Both the position numbers and the translations under genes were made by a program. A DNA stretch of 63,701 nt, filler included, from Thraustochytrium aureum (taxonomy: Eukaryota), in assembly GCA_012862495.1 (NCBI GenBank). It is 6 parts of 4 records of this genome, joined end to end, with 100 filler letters (N's around TTAATTAATTAA, not from the genome) between each part and the next. Parts side by side here need not be neighbours in the genome. Positions count along the whole stretch, not along the records: positions 1 to 21,411 come from BLSG01000375.1; positions 21,512 to 35,849 come from BLSG01000375.1; 4 more parts are not named here. The stretch is one strand, 5' to 3'. This document shows positions 12,236-22,465 of the stretch, one piece after another. Every line of letters begins with the position of its first letter. Within the stretch, counting starts at the first letter, position 1. The notes below the pieces were generated by a model that saw only the letters and a list, made by a program, of their open reading frames with translations, had not been told where the DNA came from and made no database searches.

Positions 12236-15200
12236 ATGGCGCTTCGCAACGTCGCCAAGGCTGTCGAGCGGCTCTTACTTGACCAAGTCGCCAACGCTCG
12301 CACGCCGTATGCAAAAGCCTGCTGCTTCGCTGTGCTCGGCCTCCAACTCCTTCTCGTGGCCGCCACCGCGCTCCTTGCGCTGCGCGACCCACTCCTTGAG
12401 CTGACCACCGGACTCGGCGGGGCTGCATACGCAGAGTGCGCCGGGTCGAGAGCTACGGACAACATCGCGGGGCGCGCCTTTCCGCAACTGAGCTGCGCTC
12501 CCGCGATCGACGTCGTTTACACGTGGGTGAACGGCTCGGATCCGCGATGGCTCGCGCGCAAGTTCAAGTACCAGGCGGACCAAGACCTCAGCGAGGCGTT
12601 GGAAAAAAACCACAGCAAGAGCAGCGCCTCGGCGCTCTTTACGCACAACTCAACTGCAGCAGCGCTGCTCAATCGCACTGCGGTCAGCCGACTGGAAACA
12701 CTTCGCGAAGAACTCGAGAACCTCGACTCGGAAATCAAGCGCTTGCACGAGTCGACCGGGACGCAGTGGCTCAAAGAAATGGACGACGCGCTGGACGAGG
12801 ACGTTCAAGCAGTCCAAAAGCGCTACGACTCGTACGTGAAGGACCTGGCTGAGCAGACCAGCGATCCGGGCAATCAAGCTATCGAGAACTCACAGCCCAC
12901 GCTTTTGCGCGGGAACGACGCGCAAACCCCCGAGAAGGCCACCGAGCTGGAGACAGGGCGGCCCAAGTCCCGGCGGCTTGCAGGAGCGAGGTACTACNNN
13001 NNNNNNNNNNNNNNNNNNNNNNNNNNNNNNNNNNNNNNNNNNNNNNNNNNNNNNNNNNNNNNNNNNNNNNNNNNNNNNNNNNNNNNNNNNNNNNNNNNNN
13101 NNNNNNNNNNNNNNNNNNNNNNNNNNNNNNNNNNNNNNNNNNNNNNNNNNNNNNNNNNNNNNNNNNNNNNNNNNNNNNNNNNNNNNNNNNNNNNNNNNNN
13201 NNNNNNNNNNNNNNNNNNNNNNNNNNNNNNNNNNNNNNNNNNNNNNNNNNNNNNNNNNNNNNNNNNNNNNNNNNNNNNNNNNNNNNNNNNNNNNNNNNNN
13301 NNNNNNNNNNNNNNNNNNNNNNNNNNNNNNNNNNNNNNNNNNNNNNNNNNNNNNNNNNNCTTGGCCGCTGCCCCAGTGCTCGGACGGGTGCGTGGCCGCG
13401 TGGCTGGGGGACGGCTATTGCGATGAAGCTTGCAACACAACGACCTGCGGTTTCGACTACGGCGACTGCGCCAAGTCGAAGGGGGACAACGGCCTTGGCG
13501 GCGAGGCTCAGAGCGGCGCAGGCGGCGAGTCTAGCGTCGAGGAGGCCATCTTTCCGCAATGCAAAGGCGCTTGCAACATTCGCTACCTCACAGACAACTA
13601 TTGTGACCGCGAGTGCAACAACCCCCAGTGCGGCTATGACGGCGGCGACTGTCTGCCTGCGCGTGGACTCGCCCAGCACTCGCCCCTCTTCCCTTTCATG
13701 TGGTTCCAGAGCCTCAGCGACCTCTACGCCCTTCCTCGGGCTCCGCCTCTCCCCGACAGTGGCGAGCAGGCGGCTGGGGACGAGCTGGATCCCACAAAGC
13801 ACAAGACGTCGCTTCACGATAGAGCCACCCACGCCGCAGAGGAACGAGGCAGCAAAAAAGGCCCAGCCAGCCAGTCGACCAGGCTCGTCTTGCCATTTGG
13901 TACCCGGTCGCTCGGAGTAAACCTCACCAGCGCCCTTGACGAGCGCAACGCAACCTTCGCCACCGCCACAGTGACGAGCTCCGGGGCAGTGCTTCACTCT
14001 AGCTTGAACGAGGCGACCGGCGTACTGGTCATCGTCTTCGGAAACCCTCAAGACCTCGAGGAGGAGCACCGCCAATGGGGCGGTCCCTCGCTCAGACAAG
14101 TGCTTGCTGAATCTCCAGTCGAGTGGGATTGCTCTGAGGACACTTACTTGCCGGGCTGTTCGAGTGTTTTGGGCTGCGAGCCTGTCGCTAGCCTGGAGCA
14201 GGCCATGGCGTTATGTACGTTGCGTGGGAGCGCTTGTGGCGGCGTCACCGGCTCAAACCGTTTCGCTAAATCCGTTTTGTACCACTTGCGCGAGTCCTCC
14301 GCGCCGCGGCCCTCCAAGGCGTACGAGACGAGCTGCGTAAAGACCTCAAGTGAAGCCATCGAAGACGGCCCAAGGGCTACGGCGGCCATTGAGCACGACC
14401 CGCAGTTTTTTCTGGTTGACGTCAAGCTTTCAACGGGGGAATCTATTGTGTTCGAGGCTAGCGCCGCCCACTTTGAGCATGTTGTCAACGGCGCGGGCGA
14501 CAACGCGGACTTGGCAGCCAGCAGAACGCTAAAGCCCAGTCACCGTCTCCTCCAAGAGTCAGTGGAGCTCGAGCCGCTCCGACGAACCGTAAACGTTCAG
14601 ATAAGCACTGGCGAGCCGCCCAACTCGACGCAAGCCGTCCAGGCACTCGCACATGCCAAGGCAAAGTTTATCCAGGCCCACCGAGCTTACACAAGCTTCC
14701 TTGAAGCGAGCGTCGCAGAGGCCCAGGCCGCTATAGAAGCTCGCCTGTCAGCTGCTCTGCGCGACCAGATGGAGGCGCGCGACCAAGTCGAGCCGGGGGC
14801 CACAAACCCAATCAGTTTAAGCGCTGGCCAGAGCGCACCGACTGCCGGCATGAACGGTAGTGAGCCAAGTGCCGCCGAACAGAACGCGACAAGCTCGTCT
14901 GACCAGGCACGTGGAGGAGGGGAGGAGGAGGAGGGCCTGTCCCGCCGCGGCTTGGTGGACACATTTGGCGGTTCTCTCCTGCACGTCAACAACCTCTTCC
15001 ACAAAGAGTTTGGCAAGCGCGAACGCCGCGTCATCGCTCACATGCCGCACTTCATTGACGTCAAAACAATGGAGGAGTTGCAGTCGCGCTGGCCAGAGGA
15101 GTTCGCCAAAACTTCGAGCCACAAGTTTCGATCAGCAGACGACATGCAGTATGCCTTTGCGTACATGTACTGGGTCATCCACAAGGGCGACAGCCCCGCG

Positions 15201-15915
15201 CTGACGTTGCCAGAGTACTTTGAGCGCGAGCTCGATACCGACCACGACGGCTTCATTGGGCTCAACGAGCTGCGCACGCTTGCAGCCATGTCTGCCGGCC
15301 AAGACGCCAGCACAGACTCTGTCGTGACCGTGCTGATAGAGATGATCGACTGCCTGTACGGCCGCGCGCCCCACAAGCGCGAGCCAGGCGAGGGAGGTCC
15401 GACCCGAGTCGGGCCGCTTCGCCTTCACGCTCGCTCAGGTCACTGCCTGCAACTTGACGCGTGACACCATCGAGGCCAAGCAGCCGCGGAAGCGGACTAG
15501 TCGAATCGTCGAGGAGCCCGATGTTCCCGTCGCATTCCAGATGCTAAACGACGACGAAGAGGAAGTGGTCAAGCAGCTGGATTCGATTCGAGCGCGCAAG
15601 CCAAAGTTTATCTGCGTGAACGACAACATGCAAAACCCAAGCGAGCGTGTCCTTCGGGTGCTGTGGGAGTTCCAGGAGGCGCTGTTTCCTCTGCCGTCCC
15701 AGTTTGAGCTGCCTCCTGATCGACGCAACCGGTTTTTGTACCTTTCCGAGTACAAGGAGCACACAGTCGTTTACGCCATGTACACGCGCGGTTTGTACGT
15801 CTTGGTTGCAATTCTGCTCTTGTGTTTTGTGGTTGTTTCTGCTCTGGGCGAAGACGAAGTGACCACGGAGCGAGAAGACGAGCAAGACGAGGCGGGTCGC
15901 GAGCACGCCGAGTAG
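12236..15915 (+). CDS. GNPTAB: N-acetylglucosamine-1-phosphotransferase alpha/beta precursor (Stealth family); gap 12998-13359, apparent frameshift ~15392
   Basis: N-terminal TM; Stealth CR1 IDVVYTWVNGSDPRW; two LNR/Notch repeats (WLGDGYCDEACN...CGFDYGDC); CR3 VIAHMPHFID...KFRSADDMQYAFAYMY; EF hand DTDHDGFIGLNELRTL; CR4 KFICVNDN...LFPLPSQFEL; C-terminal TM. Confidence 0.9.
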
Positions 15916-15943
15916 GCCAGCCCGCCGAGTAGGCCAGCCCGCC
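15906..15943. repeat. 17-bp tandem duplication CGCCGAGTAGGCCAGCC spanning the GNPTAB stop codon
   Basis: Seen directly. Confidence 0.8.
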
Positions 15944-16103
15944 CAAAACTCCGGGCCGTGCGAATCACAACAAGCAGCAGCCTGGCCACCTATCTCTAGA
16001 GAAATTCGCATGAGAGAAACATTTTTCCACGCGCGTTTGCGGCAAAGCCCGTGCCACCAGCAATAGGCATCTATCTATCCACCCGAGCAATGGGCAAACA
16101 ACC

Positions 16104-16445
16104 TCAGCTCGCGGGCGACGCCCGTCGCAGCATGCGAGACACAGTGTACTCGAGGACCACGCGCCCCTCTTGGTTTACAACGCTTTGCCTCGTGGTGACC
16201 ACGCCACGGTCCGGTTTGCTGCGGCTTGGCACCGCCTCAACAACGTCAACAAGGACGCGGATGGAGTCGCCAGCGTAAACAGGCGCCTTTGCGACCATGT
16301 CGGTAATCTTCACCAGAGCCACGGCATACCCCTCCAGTATGCCCGAGCCCACGATGAGAGCGTCTGCGATGGAGGCGGTCAATAGCCCTGGAGCGAGGCG
16401 CCGTTGATGGCCCGCACGTTCTTCAAGTACTCGACGTCGCCAAAC
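16104..16445 (-). CDS. MaoC-like (hotdog-fold) dehydratase, partial (5' part in gap; frameshift ~16415)
   Basis: FGDVEYLK..GHQRRLAPGLLTASIA...KAPVYAGDSIRVLVDVVEAVPSRSKPDRGVVTTRQSVVNQEGRVVLEY is a typical MaoC C-terminal half. Confidence 0.8.
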   Translation of the reverse strand, partial: VWRRRVLEERAGHQRRLAPGLLTASIADALIVGSGILEGYAVALVKITDMVAKAPVYAGDSIRVLVDVVEAVPSRSKPDRGVVTTRQSVVNQEGRVVLEYTVSRMLRRASPAS

Positions 16446-16975
16446 NNNNNNNNNNNNNNNNNNNNNNNNNNNNNNNNNNNNNNNNNNNNNNNNNNNNNNN
16501 NNNNNNNNNNNNNNNNNNNNNNNNNNNNNNNNNNNNNNNNNNNNNNNNNNNNNNNNNNNNNNNNNNNNNNNNNNNNNNNNNNNNNNNNNNNNNNNNNNNN
16601 NNNNNNNNNNNNNNNNNNNNNNNNNNNNNNNNNNNNNNNNNNNNNNNNNNNNNNNNNGTCTCGGGTCTGCGGGCGCGAAGGCTTGCGCGAGTGGCGGCTC
16701 TGCCACGACCGGACCTGCACATGGCGGCGGAGGTGCAAATGCAAATGCAAAAACGTCGGACTGGTCTCTGGCGCAGCGGACGGGGCGGTCGCATGATGAT
16801 TCATGATGGGACCCTGGCGGCATCATCCTGGCAAGTAAAGTAGTGGTATGATGCCTGCTCTGCAAGCACTGGCACAGGTGCTTGGACTGATTTTGATTCA
16901 TCAAGAGCTACCCTACTTGGGTTGATCGAGGTACTCTACTCAAGTAATGGCCACCTTTCGCGGGCATACTCTCAA

Positions 16976-18325
16976 CTAGAACTTCATCCAGTCAGGCGCG
17001 TCGCTGTCAGGAGCCATGGCAGGGTCTGGCATGCGCGCGACAGCGGCTGCCGCGGCGCTGGTCGCCGATGCCTGCTTGCGAGGGTGGTCCTCGTGCCGCT
17101 CCTGCCCCGTCTGCACGCGGCACGTAGGGGTCTTGGAGGCGCGGCCCACGGACAGTCCCGAGCGCCGCGCGAGGCCGGGCACCACGTTGGGCCCCTCGCC
17201 GTTGTCCTCGTCGTGGTTGTTGTTGCCGCTGAAAGCGCTGGGCACGCTGCAGCCAGGCCCGCCCGCGGAGTGCTTGACGTAGTCGAGGCGCTCCTTGGTG
17301 AGGCGATACTTTTTCCCCAGGTCTTCCAGCTTGTCCTTGAGCTGCAGGGCTTCCTTCTCCTTGTCAGAGAACTTTGCCTGGAAAGCTTCCGCCTTCTTGA
17401 CTAGAAAGACGGCCTTCTTGTTGCTGGCCTTGAGCTGGTCGGCGAGGCGCTCTGCCTTGGCCTCTGCCTCGGCGTGGCGCGCCTCCGCCTCTCGCAGCAG
17501 GCGCTCCTTCTCCTTAATAATGCTGGCGTTCCCCTCGGCCTTTTTGCGCGTGCTCTCGAGGCTGGCTTCACCGTGCTCGAGGCGGTCGACGATCTGCGTA
17601 TTTGCTTGCTTGAGCTGGCGGTTCTCCGCAAGCAGGGCCTGCAATTGCTGTGCGAGCTGGCTGTTGTGCGCCTCGAGCTCGTCGCACCGGTCGCCAAGCT
17701 GCTGCTGCGCCTGCTCGGACTGCTCCGTCTCCTGCTGGCGCTCTTGTAGCGAGGCCAAGTCGGCCTGATAGCGCTCTGCGAGCTGTGTGAGCTCGGCTTT
17801 GTGCTGAGACAAAGACTGCTCGAGCATGCCGATCTTGACTTCCCTGTCGCGCAGCTGCTGCGCCGCTGCTTGGGAGACGCGCGAAAGCTCGTGCGAGACG
17901 TTGGCAAGTTCGCTCTCGAGCGCGCGGGCGCGCGACTCGTGCTCGGCGGAGCGGGCTTGTGCCTCTGCCGTTGCCGCTTGCGCGTCGTTCAGCTGGCGCT
18001 CTGACTGCTCTCTCTCGTCGATCTCGAACTTGACCGCAGCGAGCTCGCGCTCGACGCGGGCCTTTTCCATCAAGACTTGCTCTACCTTGGCCTCGGCTTC
18101 GCTGCAGCGCTTCGAGAGCGACTCCATCAGCTTGTCCTTCATACGCGACTCTTCGTTGATTATCGACTTGTACGCCTCCAGCTCGCTCTCGAGGTCCTTC
18201 TTCTTGTTGCCATCGGCATGCGAGGTCGGCAGGACCTTGCTACGCCGCCGCCGTGGCAGGTGCGCCGCAAATAGCCCGTTCACCTTGGCCTCCTTGGACA
18301 ACCATGACGTCCTGTCGCCGCTCAT
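16976..18325 (-). CDS. Uncharacterised coiled-coil protein (~449 aa)
   Basis: Long ORF from MSGDRTSWLSKEAKV with extended E/K/Q/L heptad repeats and coding-like codon bias. Confidence 0.7.
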   Translation of the reverse strand: MSGDRTSWLSKEAKVNGLFAAHLPRRRRSKVLPTSHADGNKKKDLESELEAYKSIINEESRMKDKLMESLSKRCSEAEAKVEQVLMEKARVERELAAVKFEIDEREQSERQLNDAQAATAEAQARSAEHESRARALESELANVSHELSRVSQAAAQQLRDREVKIGMLEQSLSQHKAELTQLAERYQADLASLQERQQETEQSEQAQQQLGDRCDELEAHNSQLAQQLQALLAENRQLKQANTQIVDRLEHGEASLESTRKKAEGNASIIKEKERLLREAEARHAEAEAKAERLADQLKASNKKAVFLVKKAEAFQAKFSDKEKEALQLKDKLEDLGKKYRLTKERLDYVKHSAGGPGCSVPSAFSGNNNHDEDNGEGPNVVPGLARRSGLSVGRASKTPTCRVQTGQERHEDHPRKQASATSAAAAAVARMPDPAMAPDSDAPDWMKF

Positions 18326-19064
18326 CGTTGCGGTCCAGCTCCGCTCTGCCCTGCTTGCCGAGGCTGCCTCGGGGTTGCCGAAGTAAGCGTCTGCCTGGCC
18401 TCTCGACGCCGCCGAAACGCTCGGTCCACTGGCCCAGCCCTCTCGCCGCGGGGCTCTGGTCGCTCGCCTGGCAGACACACGCAAGCCTCGCTCCGAAGCG
18501 GTCAGCTTGCTCGCTCTCGGCTCCGCGCCGACCTCGCGAGAGAGAAAAGAAACGGAAGACAACGAGAGCGAGAGAGGTAGAGAGTTGGAGGCTCAAAGAG
18601 AGCGAGAGTATCGTGGCTGACGTGATGATCTGTCGATCGATTCAGGTGGGAGCAAGTGTTCGTTCAGGCCGCGGCGCCCCGAGCCCCTCCGCGCAACCCG
18701 CCTCAAGCCGCCAAAAAGAAGAGCCAGACCGCCAAGGCAAAAGCCGCGGCAAAAGCCTCGCCACCGGGGCCTCCGAGCATGCGAGCGCAAGCGGCGCACC
18801 GCAGCCAGCCCGCGCGGCAAGCGAGCGGCGCCACCTCGCAAACCTCAGAGATCCGTTGGCCCGCACGGCCTCTGTCTTCCCTTGGGTGTGTGCTCGTTTC
18901 GCGCGAGTTTGAATTGGCGGCGCGTTGCCCGTCTCGGGGGAAATAGGTGCAGCGTGCGCAGCGGAACACGAGCAGCAGCAGACGGCGAAAGGGCGAGCGA
19001 GCGAGCGAGGGAGGGAGGGAGCGAGGGAGCGAGGGAGGGAGCGAGGGCGTTGCGGGATTCGCGG

Positions 19065-20135
19065 ATGGCGGAGCCGCTTCGAGACGCGGCGCGCCTGCTC
19101 GAGGAGCTCCGCGAAGCGCAGAGGCAGGGCTGGAGCAGGATGCCGCTCGGATGCCGAGGACTCGACGACGCGCTCGGGGGCGGCTTGATGACGGGCAGCG
19201 TCACGGAGGTTGCAGGCGAGTCGGGGTGCGGGAAAACGCAGCTCGCGCTGCGCTGTCTGCTTGCCAGCCTCGTGGGTTCTGGAGGCAAGCCGCCGTCCGG
19301 GCGGAGCGTGTACATTTGCACGGAAGGTTCGGCGCCGACCAAGAGGCTGGCGCAGATCGCCGAAAAGGCTTGGGACCCAGATGCGCAGAGACTGCGATGC
19401 GCCTGCGAGATTGGGCACCGTAAGAACACGGACGCGGCCGCGCAGGAGCGGCCACCGCCGTGCAAGTGGCGAGGCGGCAGCGACCCGCTCGACTCGGCTT
19501 CGGAGGCCTCCAGCGCGAGCACTGGGGGCTGCGAGGCGGACCCCAAGGGCAGCGCCGCCCTCGATCTGCTAGAGCGAGTCTTGATCCGGGAGGTTCACGA
19601 CACGGAGGGGCTCTGGGCGGCTCTTACNNNNNNNNNNNNNNNNNNNNNNNNNNNNNNNNNNNNNNNNNNNNNNNNNNNNNNNNNNNNNNNNNNNNNNNNN
19701 NNNNNNNNNNNNNNNNNNNNNNNNNNNNNNNNNNNNNNNNNNNNNNNNNNNNNNNNNNNNNNNNNNNNNNNNNNNNNNNNNNNNNNNNNNNNNNNNNNNN
19801 NNNNNNNNNNNNNNNNNNNNNNNNNNNNNNNNNNNNNNNNNNNNNNNTGGCTCGTCAAGCTATCTCATGTTTTGCGCGCCCTCAGCGCAGACTACGGCGT
19901 GACCTTCCTCGTGATCAACCAAATCAGTGGGGGGCCGCGCGGGACGCGAGCCGCGTTTGGCCTTTCGTGGACGAATTGTATACACGCCCGACTGATGATT
20001 GAGAGCGAGGACTGCCCCGAGGGCGCAGCAGGACCCGCGCGGTCGCGGGAGCTGAGCGTCCAGTTCTCCCCCGTGCACGAGGACGTGGCGGTGCGCTTTC
20101 GCGTAATGGCATGCGGGATCTGTTGCAGCGGCTGA
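19065..20135 (+). CDS. XRCC3: RAD51 paralog, XRCC3-like; gap 19628-19847
   Basis: [35 protein letters not shown] (Walker A), [39 protein letters not shown]. Confidence 0.8.
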   Translation: MAEPLRDAARLLEELREAQRQGWSRMPLGCRGLDDALGGGLMTGSVTEVAGESGCGKTQLALRCLLASLVGSGGKPPSGRSVYICTEGSAPTKRLAQIAEKAWDPDAQRLRCACEIGHRKNTDAAAQERPPPCKWRGGSDPLDSASEASSASTGGCEADPKGSAALDLLERVLIREVHDTEGLWAALXXXXXXXXXXXXXXXXXXXXXXXXXXXXXXXXXXXXXXXXXXXXXXXXXXXXXXXXXXXXXXXXXXXXXXXXXXWLVKLSHVLRALSADYGVTFLVINQISGGPRGTRAAFGLSWTNCIHARLMIESEDCPEGAAGPARSRELSVQFSPVHEDVAVRFRVMACGICCSG

Positions 20136-20168
20136 CCGGGCGGGCCGGGAGCGGAGAGAGCGGACAGT

Positions 20169-20222
20169 GCTGGTACATAAGTGGGCAAGTGGTGGGCTGG
20201 TACATAAGTGGGCAAGTGGTGG
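20169..20222. repeat. 27-bp tandem repeat x2 (GCTGGTACATAAGTGGGCAAGTGGTGG) between the convergent XRCC3 and ASF1 3' ends
   Basis: Seen directly. Confidence 0.85.
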
Positions 20223-20363
20223 TGGTATCGTTGTTTTCCTTCCCTACTTGGCCTGTTTTGAGGACCGCCCCAGGCTCGTCGAGGAGCATAGACACTGCCG
20301 GCTTTGTCCAAGGAGCCGCCAGCTGACGCGGCTCGTCGCGAGCCCCGCTGCTCGGCTGTTGGT

Positions 20364-21328
20364 TCAGTCCCAGTCAATAAGGAACCGCGTGATGCGCGGC
20401 TTCTTGTCAAGGATGTGGCGCCGGATCCTGTCCACCGAAAATTTGGGTGGCAGAACGGTCGACGGCACACCGGCTTGCCGACCGCACACTTGACTGTCGC
20501 TTTGGCCGCCCATGGGCTGGTCCCCTGCTCCTCGCCCCCAGCTACGGCCACGCCCGGCTCGTTGGCGGTAGGTCCCATTGCGCTTCCCCCCTCTTCGGAG
20601 TGGTGCTTTTGCTTTTGCTTCTTCGAGACGCCCTCGGCGTCCTCGACGTCTACGTCCATCTTGCGCACCTTGCCGCTGCTGTCGCCTGCGTCCGGGGATG
20701 CAGGCGACATCGCGGTAGCAGTGGTTTCGCTATCTGCCGGGCCCTGCGGTTGCTGTAAGCCCTTGCTGTCGACGCGTTCCGGGGAAGCCCCTTCTGGTCC
20801 CGCCTGCGCGGCGGCTTCTTGGCCCTCGTCGGCGCCGCTGTTGGGCCCGTCCTCGTCGTCATCCTCGTCCTCGCCCTCGTTGTCCTCCTCCTCCTCTTCG
20901 TCCTCCTCCTCTTCGTCCTCGCTCTTTTCGATGTCCATTCCTTCTTCGGCGGACAGCAGGACCGAGTCGGGGTCGTCGTATTCGTTGTTGACGTAATAGC
21001 CGACTCGAATGAACTCCTTGCCCTGGTACAGGCAGGAGATGAGGCACACAGTGACGCCGAGCAGGTCCTGCTTTGGGATTTTGTGGTGGTCGGGCGCGGG
21101 CGCCTCAAAGACGAACTGGTTGATGCCCAAGGGAACGGGGCCGACAAGGACCGAGTCGAGCTCTTGGTCGCACTCCTCGGTCTCGGCCGACCCGACGTAG
21201 GTGAGCTTCCACTCGAGGTCAGCCGAGAGCTCCTTGACGCACTCGAACGTGATTTGAAATCTGTACGGATCTGTAAAGTTCGCCGGGTTGTCCAGCACGT
21301 CGATGTGGGTTACGTTTACGGACGACAT
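20364..21328 (-). CDS. ASF1: Histone H3-H4 chaperone ASF1 with a large internal acidic insertion; apparent frameshift ~20523
   Basis: [30 protein letters not shown]...[13 protein letters not shown]...[12 protein letters not shown]...[13 protein letters not shown]. The last core strand [23 protein letters not shown] follows in another frame. Confidence 0.92.
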
Positions 21329-21411
21329 CGTCCCGGTCCCCGCTCAGCGCGAGCAAACGCCCGCGTCCCTCCAAGCGCACTCCGCCCACAGCAGCGCACG
21401 GCCCCCGTCCG

Positions 21412-21511
21412 NNNNNNNNNNNNNNNNNNNNNNNNNNNNNNNNNNNNNNNNNNNNTTAATTAATTAANNNNNNNNNNNNNNNNNNNNNNNNNNNNNNNNN
21501 NNNNNNNNNNN
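21412..21511. other. Artificial scaffold-joining linker (44 N + TTAATTAATTAA + 44 N)
   Basis: Six-frame stop linker at 21456-21467. The identical construct recurs four more times. Confidence 0.95.
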
Positions 21512-21728
21512 AGTTGGTGGCGATCGCGGGTGAGTCCCTCGGCGCGGCCGCGGTGCCACCGCGTGCTTTGTTGGCTTGCTGGCGGGGCGTGGTCGGTCCT
21601 CGGTTGTATTTGCTGCGTTTGTGTGGCCTCTTTGCTTGCTCGTGCCGGCGACGGACTGGGCCAGACAGCTGACGCGCGGCGGGCGGGCGGGCGCGATCAT
21701 GCGGCGGCGGCGACAGGCGGCGGAGAAG

Positions 21729-22057
21729 ATGACGTTTGCGTCGGGAGCGCTGTTTGGGTTTGCGTCGATGGTGTGGGCGAACGGGCTGCGGAGCGCACCG
21801 CTCTTTGGTAGTAAGTTGGTGTGGCGAAACAGGGCTTCGCGGGCTGCGCTCGAGGCGCTGACTGACGACCGGGCGGGAATGGTGCGCGCAACGCAGGGCC
21901 CTGGGAGCATGCCGCGAGCGCTACGTTTTGCGGATTCATCGGCTACAAATTGTCCGAGTTCGAGAGCGAGCAGCGCGTCCGGCTTGTCGCGCAACTCGAG
22001 GCGCTGGGCAAAAACGCCGAGAGCGCCAAGCTCGTATTGAAGAGGCAGCAGGAGTGA
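21729..22057 (+). CDS. Complex I accessory subunit B14.5b/NDUFC2-like (14 kDa subunit family); 2 exons 21729-21810, 21897-22057 (missed by the ORF track)
   Basis: Removing the intron GTAAGT...CTGAC...CGCAG gives MTFASGALFGFASMVWANGLRSAPLFGRPWEHAASATFCGFIGYKLSEFESEQRVRLVAQLE.... The N.LR..P...PWEH motif is typical of the plant/fungal B14.5b family. Confidence 0.8.
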
Positions 22058-22465
22058 ATCGAGAGAGGCCGGGCCGTGAAGCGGGAGACCGGCGGCCACC
22101 CGGCACGCGGGTGGGGATCGTGGTGTTTCGCTCATGGCACGCAGACTCGGATCGCTTTGATAACAAACAAGACAAACACTAGCTTTAGAAGAGTAACAGA
22201 TTGGATGGTAGATCCTATCGGCCCCGCAGCACGGCCAGCACGACTAGGGCGTGAGGAGCACTGGAACGGCCAACAGGTCGCCTTTCCTGCAACCTGCACC
22301 ATGCATGCCCCACGAAGCAGCGATCGCCAGAACAGGCCCCGCATGCAACGCTCATCGGGCGCCTTTGCCTCACTTGCTCTGGCAGGAAGCACAACGGAAG
22401 GGCCGGCGATTCCGCGGCGAGCTGTCGCGCTGAGACCCAGCGCCTCCCGGCGGTCGGCCGACTAG

